From assembly GCA_011109175.1 (NCBI GenBank), contig RDEW01000005.1, positions 434,001-498,000 of the forward strand: a stretch of DNA of 64,000 nt. Direction: 5' to 3'. The notes beneath the pieces were generated by a model that saw only the letters and a program-made list of their open reading frames with translations, was not told where the DNA came from and ran no database searches. The position numbers and the translations under genes are program-made. This document shows positions 60,531-64,000 of the stretch, in pieces. Position 1 is the stretch's first letter. Each line of letters begins with the position of its first letter. The DNA comes from Dicyema japonicum (lineage: Eukaryota > Animalia > Dicyemida).

Positions 60531-63510
60531 TATTGCTTACCAGTTTCTCCCCTCACTCTTGGATCCCTCAACTGCCGAGGCCTCAATCAGTGCTACAAGA
60601 AACAACAATTGGCGCGTGATCTGAGTAAATACAACATCTCTGTCTGTTGTTTGCAAGAGACGAAAATAACCGAACAATCTGCAGAACTGTTTCAGAATTT
60701 TTACCTTTTGACCCTCACACCAGACTGCAGGCACTATGGGCTCGGATTTGCTGTTCATCGGCACTTGTTTCACTGTGTCTCAAGAGTATGGGCAGTATCT
60801 GACCGTGTCGCGGTGTTACAAATCAAATGCGGAAACAAACTCAACTCAGTGATCTCCATCATAAATGTATATGCCCCAACCGGAGCACGTGTATCAACGA
60901 ATATCGAAGAACTGGATACGTTTTACTCTACTCTCACAAGTGTGTACAACTCACTTTCATCCTCTTACTTTCTTTTATCGCCGGGGACTGGAACGCCAGG
61001 GCCGGAAAAGCAAGACCTGGTGAAACGTGTATTGGATCCCACGGTAGAAACCGCCGTAACATCCCCGGAGAGGCATTAATACAATTTTGCACGGCATTCA
61101 ACCTACTCATATGCAACACTTGTTTCAAGCACCCGGCAAGACACAGGACCACGTGGGTTGGTACCAGAAAAGGCAAATCTGGAAACACAGTCAATATATA
61201 CAATCAGATCGACTATATTATCTGCAAGCAACATCAGAAGGCCCTCCTACAGGACTCGAGATCTTACGGTGGACTTGAAACAAGTAGCGATCATAAACTT
61301 GTGGTCGCCCGGCTAGTACTTAAAAGAATCCATGGAATACACGGGAAACACAAAGGCCTTACCTCAGTACGTTTCGACACTGAGAGGTTACGCTACGAAG
61401 AATCCACCAAATGTCGTTATAGTGCAGTTCTGAGAGATAGCATCAACAGTATTAACCAAAATCAGCCGACAAACAGCTTATGGGATGAAATAGTGGTTGC
61501 TATCCAAAACACAGCCTTTAGTGTGCTTGGTCACATCACCAAATCTCGTCACAAACAATGTAATCCGGATATCGGACAACTCTCTGTAACACAGAAAGAG
61601 CTCAGACTCCGGATGGAAAACACAAACGCTCCGGAAGATATCAAAGTACTGCGCACCCAGAGAGGGAGAGTCTTAACGAAGATCAAACAAATACAAAGAT
61701 TCCTTGCCAAAAATGAAGCTGAGGAGAAAATCTCAGACATATTAAAGTACAAGAACGGACCAAGAATGTTCAAAGCAATCCGGCTTCTTAGCAGAGAAAA
61801 CTGTCCAATTTCGTTAACTGTCCATGACAACCTTGGTCACGACGTTATCGGGACCATTAACAAAGCAAACGTTCTGGCATCCCATTTTGACCTTATGTTC
61901 AACAAACAGGACGCGGCTGACCAAGCAATGAAATCTCGGAAGTCTTACAAGTACACTCTAACTAGCCCTATTACCATATCCGAAACTCAACAAGCTATTA
62001 AAAAATTAAATACCGGAAGATCTGCCGGACCAGACTTCATTACTGCAGAACTTTTACAATACGGCCCGGAGGAGCTAATTGAAATGATTACTAACATTTT
62101 CAACCGGTCTCTCGAGGGTGCAGATGAACTGGAACTGGGAAAAGGGTGGCTAATTCCACTACAAAAACCGGGAAAAAGTAAAGGCCCCCCTCACAACTTC
62201 AGACCTATTATACTCCTAACCTCCATACGAAAAACATTATCCCTCATTGCTTTAAACCGAATAAAGGAGAGGGTGAACATATTTCTTTCGGACGGCCAAA
62301 GTGGATTCCGGACGGGCAGGTCCACGGCTGACGTGGTATGGGGGCACAGGTGGTATTGTGCCCTGTGCCAAAAATACAAAAAATCTATTGAGATACTTGG
62401 TATCGACATGTCCCGTGCGTTCGACTCGGTGGACCGTGGAAAACTTATGGAAGTGTTGGAGAGTTTTCTACTGCCTGACGATGTCAAAATAATACACTTA
62501 CTCATGCGGAACACTCAACTTGCCGTCAAAATTGGTGACTCTACCTCTAACTTTTTTTCGACCTCACGTGGAGTTCCACAGGGGGACTCACTATCCCCGG
62601 TCCTCTTTATTGTCTACCTTGAGGCCGCACTAAGAGAGTTCAGACCCCTGGTTGGCAACAATTATAACGAGATAATCTACGCGGACGACCTGGACTTTGT
62701 TTCTGAGGATATTCAAGTACTTCAACACATGCTTAACGTTCTTCCACACGTATTCTCGAAATGGTTCTTAACCGTTAACACCGATAAAACAGAGTTCACA
62801 ACACTTACACGCAATGATCGAAGATCGGACGAGTCTTGGAGAAAGCAAAAGAAGGTGGGTTCGCTTCTCGGGGACTCAGAAGATGTTTCTCGGAGGAAAA
62901 TCCTCGCAATGTGTGCACTAAAGAAAGTATCGAATATGTGGGGTCATAAGAAGAGGATGGGATTAAACACCAAACTCAGAATATATAAGGCTTTTGTCAT
63001 CCCCGTCCTGACCTACAATTCAGGCACTTGGGGAATCTCTAAACAAGAGATGGACCGTCTTGACGCTTTCCACAGGACACAATTGAAATCAGTAATCAAG
63101 ATCAAGTGGCCTAAGAAGATCTCAAACAATGACCTCTACTCGAAGTGCAAATCTGGTATACTATCCGAGGAGATCTTCAGATCAAGATGGAGTCTCTTTG
63201 GACATATCTTACGTCTAAATGCTCAAGTACCCGCGAATATCGCCATGGAAAACTACCTAATGCATACGGGAGCCGGTTTCCGTGGAAGACCAAGAGTCAC
63301 ACTCCCAACTATTTTGAATGGAGACCTGTCGGCTGTGGGACTGAAGCTCACTTCCGCAGACGACCTAGATACCTTAAGGGAACTGGCACGAAGTAGAGGG
63401 TCCTGGAAAAGGCTGATAGAGAGGATGGCTAGAAATACGGCACAAGGGAGGCTTGATTAATTTTATGACTTCTCGGGAGTGCTTTAAATAATAATAATAA
63501 TAAATAATAA
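60531..63510 (+). mobile_element. Near-complete RTE-group LINE with target-site duplication
   Basis: APE plus RT open for ~2.9 kb with a single frameshift near 60975; (AAT)n tail; 12-bp TSD TGACTGGTTCCG at 60519-60530 and 63511-63522. Confidence 0.97.
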
Positions 63511-63519
63511 TGACTGGTT

Positions 63520-63630
63520 CCGCACTGCGGCTTTGAATAGGAGGAAGTGGATGAAACTAACCAGTGATTTGCTAACTCGTGTTGCACATACTTTGTCAAG
63601 TCCTATGACATAGCGATAAGTGCTAATAAT
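63520..63630 (+). mobile_element. Short 3' fragment of the LINE subfamily seen at 46.5-48.9 kb
   Basis: Nearly identical to the reverse complement of ~46500-46586 (RTAALNRRKWMKLTSDLLTRVAH); ends in TAATAATAG. Confidence 0.8.
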
Positions 63631-63739
63631 AGTAGTTTTAGTATTTTTTCCGTGAGTTTTATTCCGCACAAGATTCTCGAGGGTCCTTCCCTTTTATCTA
63701 TCAAGCGATACGCCCCCATAATTGTTCTCTCAATGAAGG

Positions 63740-64000
63740 ATGTGGGGAAAACCTTTCAAGATTAAAAATCAACTTATCCCATCGGTCCAGATGGAATCCC
63801 AACAGTATTAATGAATAATACAGGCCCTTATGCTATCGTGGGCCTCACTCGCTTTTTCAATTTTTTCATCCACATGAACTCTATTCCATCCATATGGGAG
63901 TTATCTGATATACTTTAAAACCCGGACAGCCAAAGGACTTACCTGCCTCTTGCAGACCGATATCTCTCCTGTGGTAAAACAAAAATGACAGAAAAATGCC
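63740..64000 (+). mobile_element. Ingi/Vingi-like LINE fragment
   Basis: GPDGIPTVLMNNTGPYAIVGLTRFFNF...NSIPSIW; continues past the window edge. Confidence 0.7.

Overview
Compact, AT-rich animal nuclear DNA. The host genes carry tiny spliceosomal introns (mostly 22-27 nt), which by inference points to a dicyemid mesozoan or a similarly reduced parasite. About 13 host genes are recognisable: calcyphosin-like, ValRS, FAM136A, AP-2, a miniature UBF-like gene, OPA1, a tandem C-type lectin, a RING protein, an NMDA-type glutamate receptor, TRAPPC4, MondoA/ChREBP, C9orf78 and ABHD17. There is also one tRNA-Val. Gene islands alternate with nested mobile-element islands (Ingi/Vingi-like, RTE-like and CRE-like LINEs, pogo, hAT, Helitron and Penelope remnants, and a tRNA-derived SINE). 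The most striking signal is a ~3 kb LINE family. Four copies begin with a covarying HDV-like double-pseudoknot fold. That fold contains the ORF start codon, which leads through a ~57-aa leader to a 2A (DxExNPGP) StopGo motif in three copies and then to APE and RT. The family ends in a covarying hairpin that overlaps the stop codon, and two 5'-complete copies lie head-to-head only 30 bp apart. The sequence shows about one apparent indel per kb even in essential genes, so frameshifts are unreliable and many coordinates are approximate.
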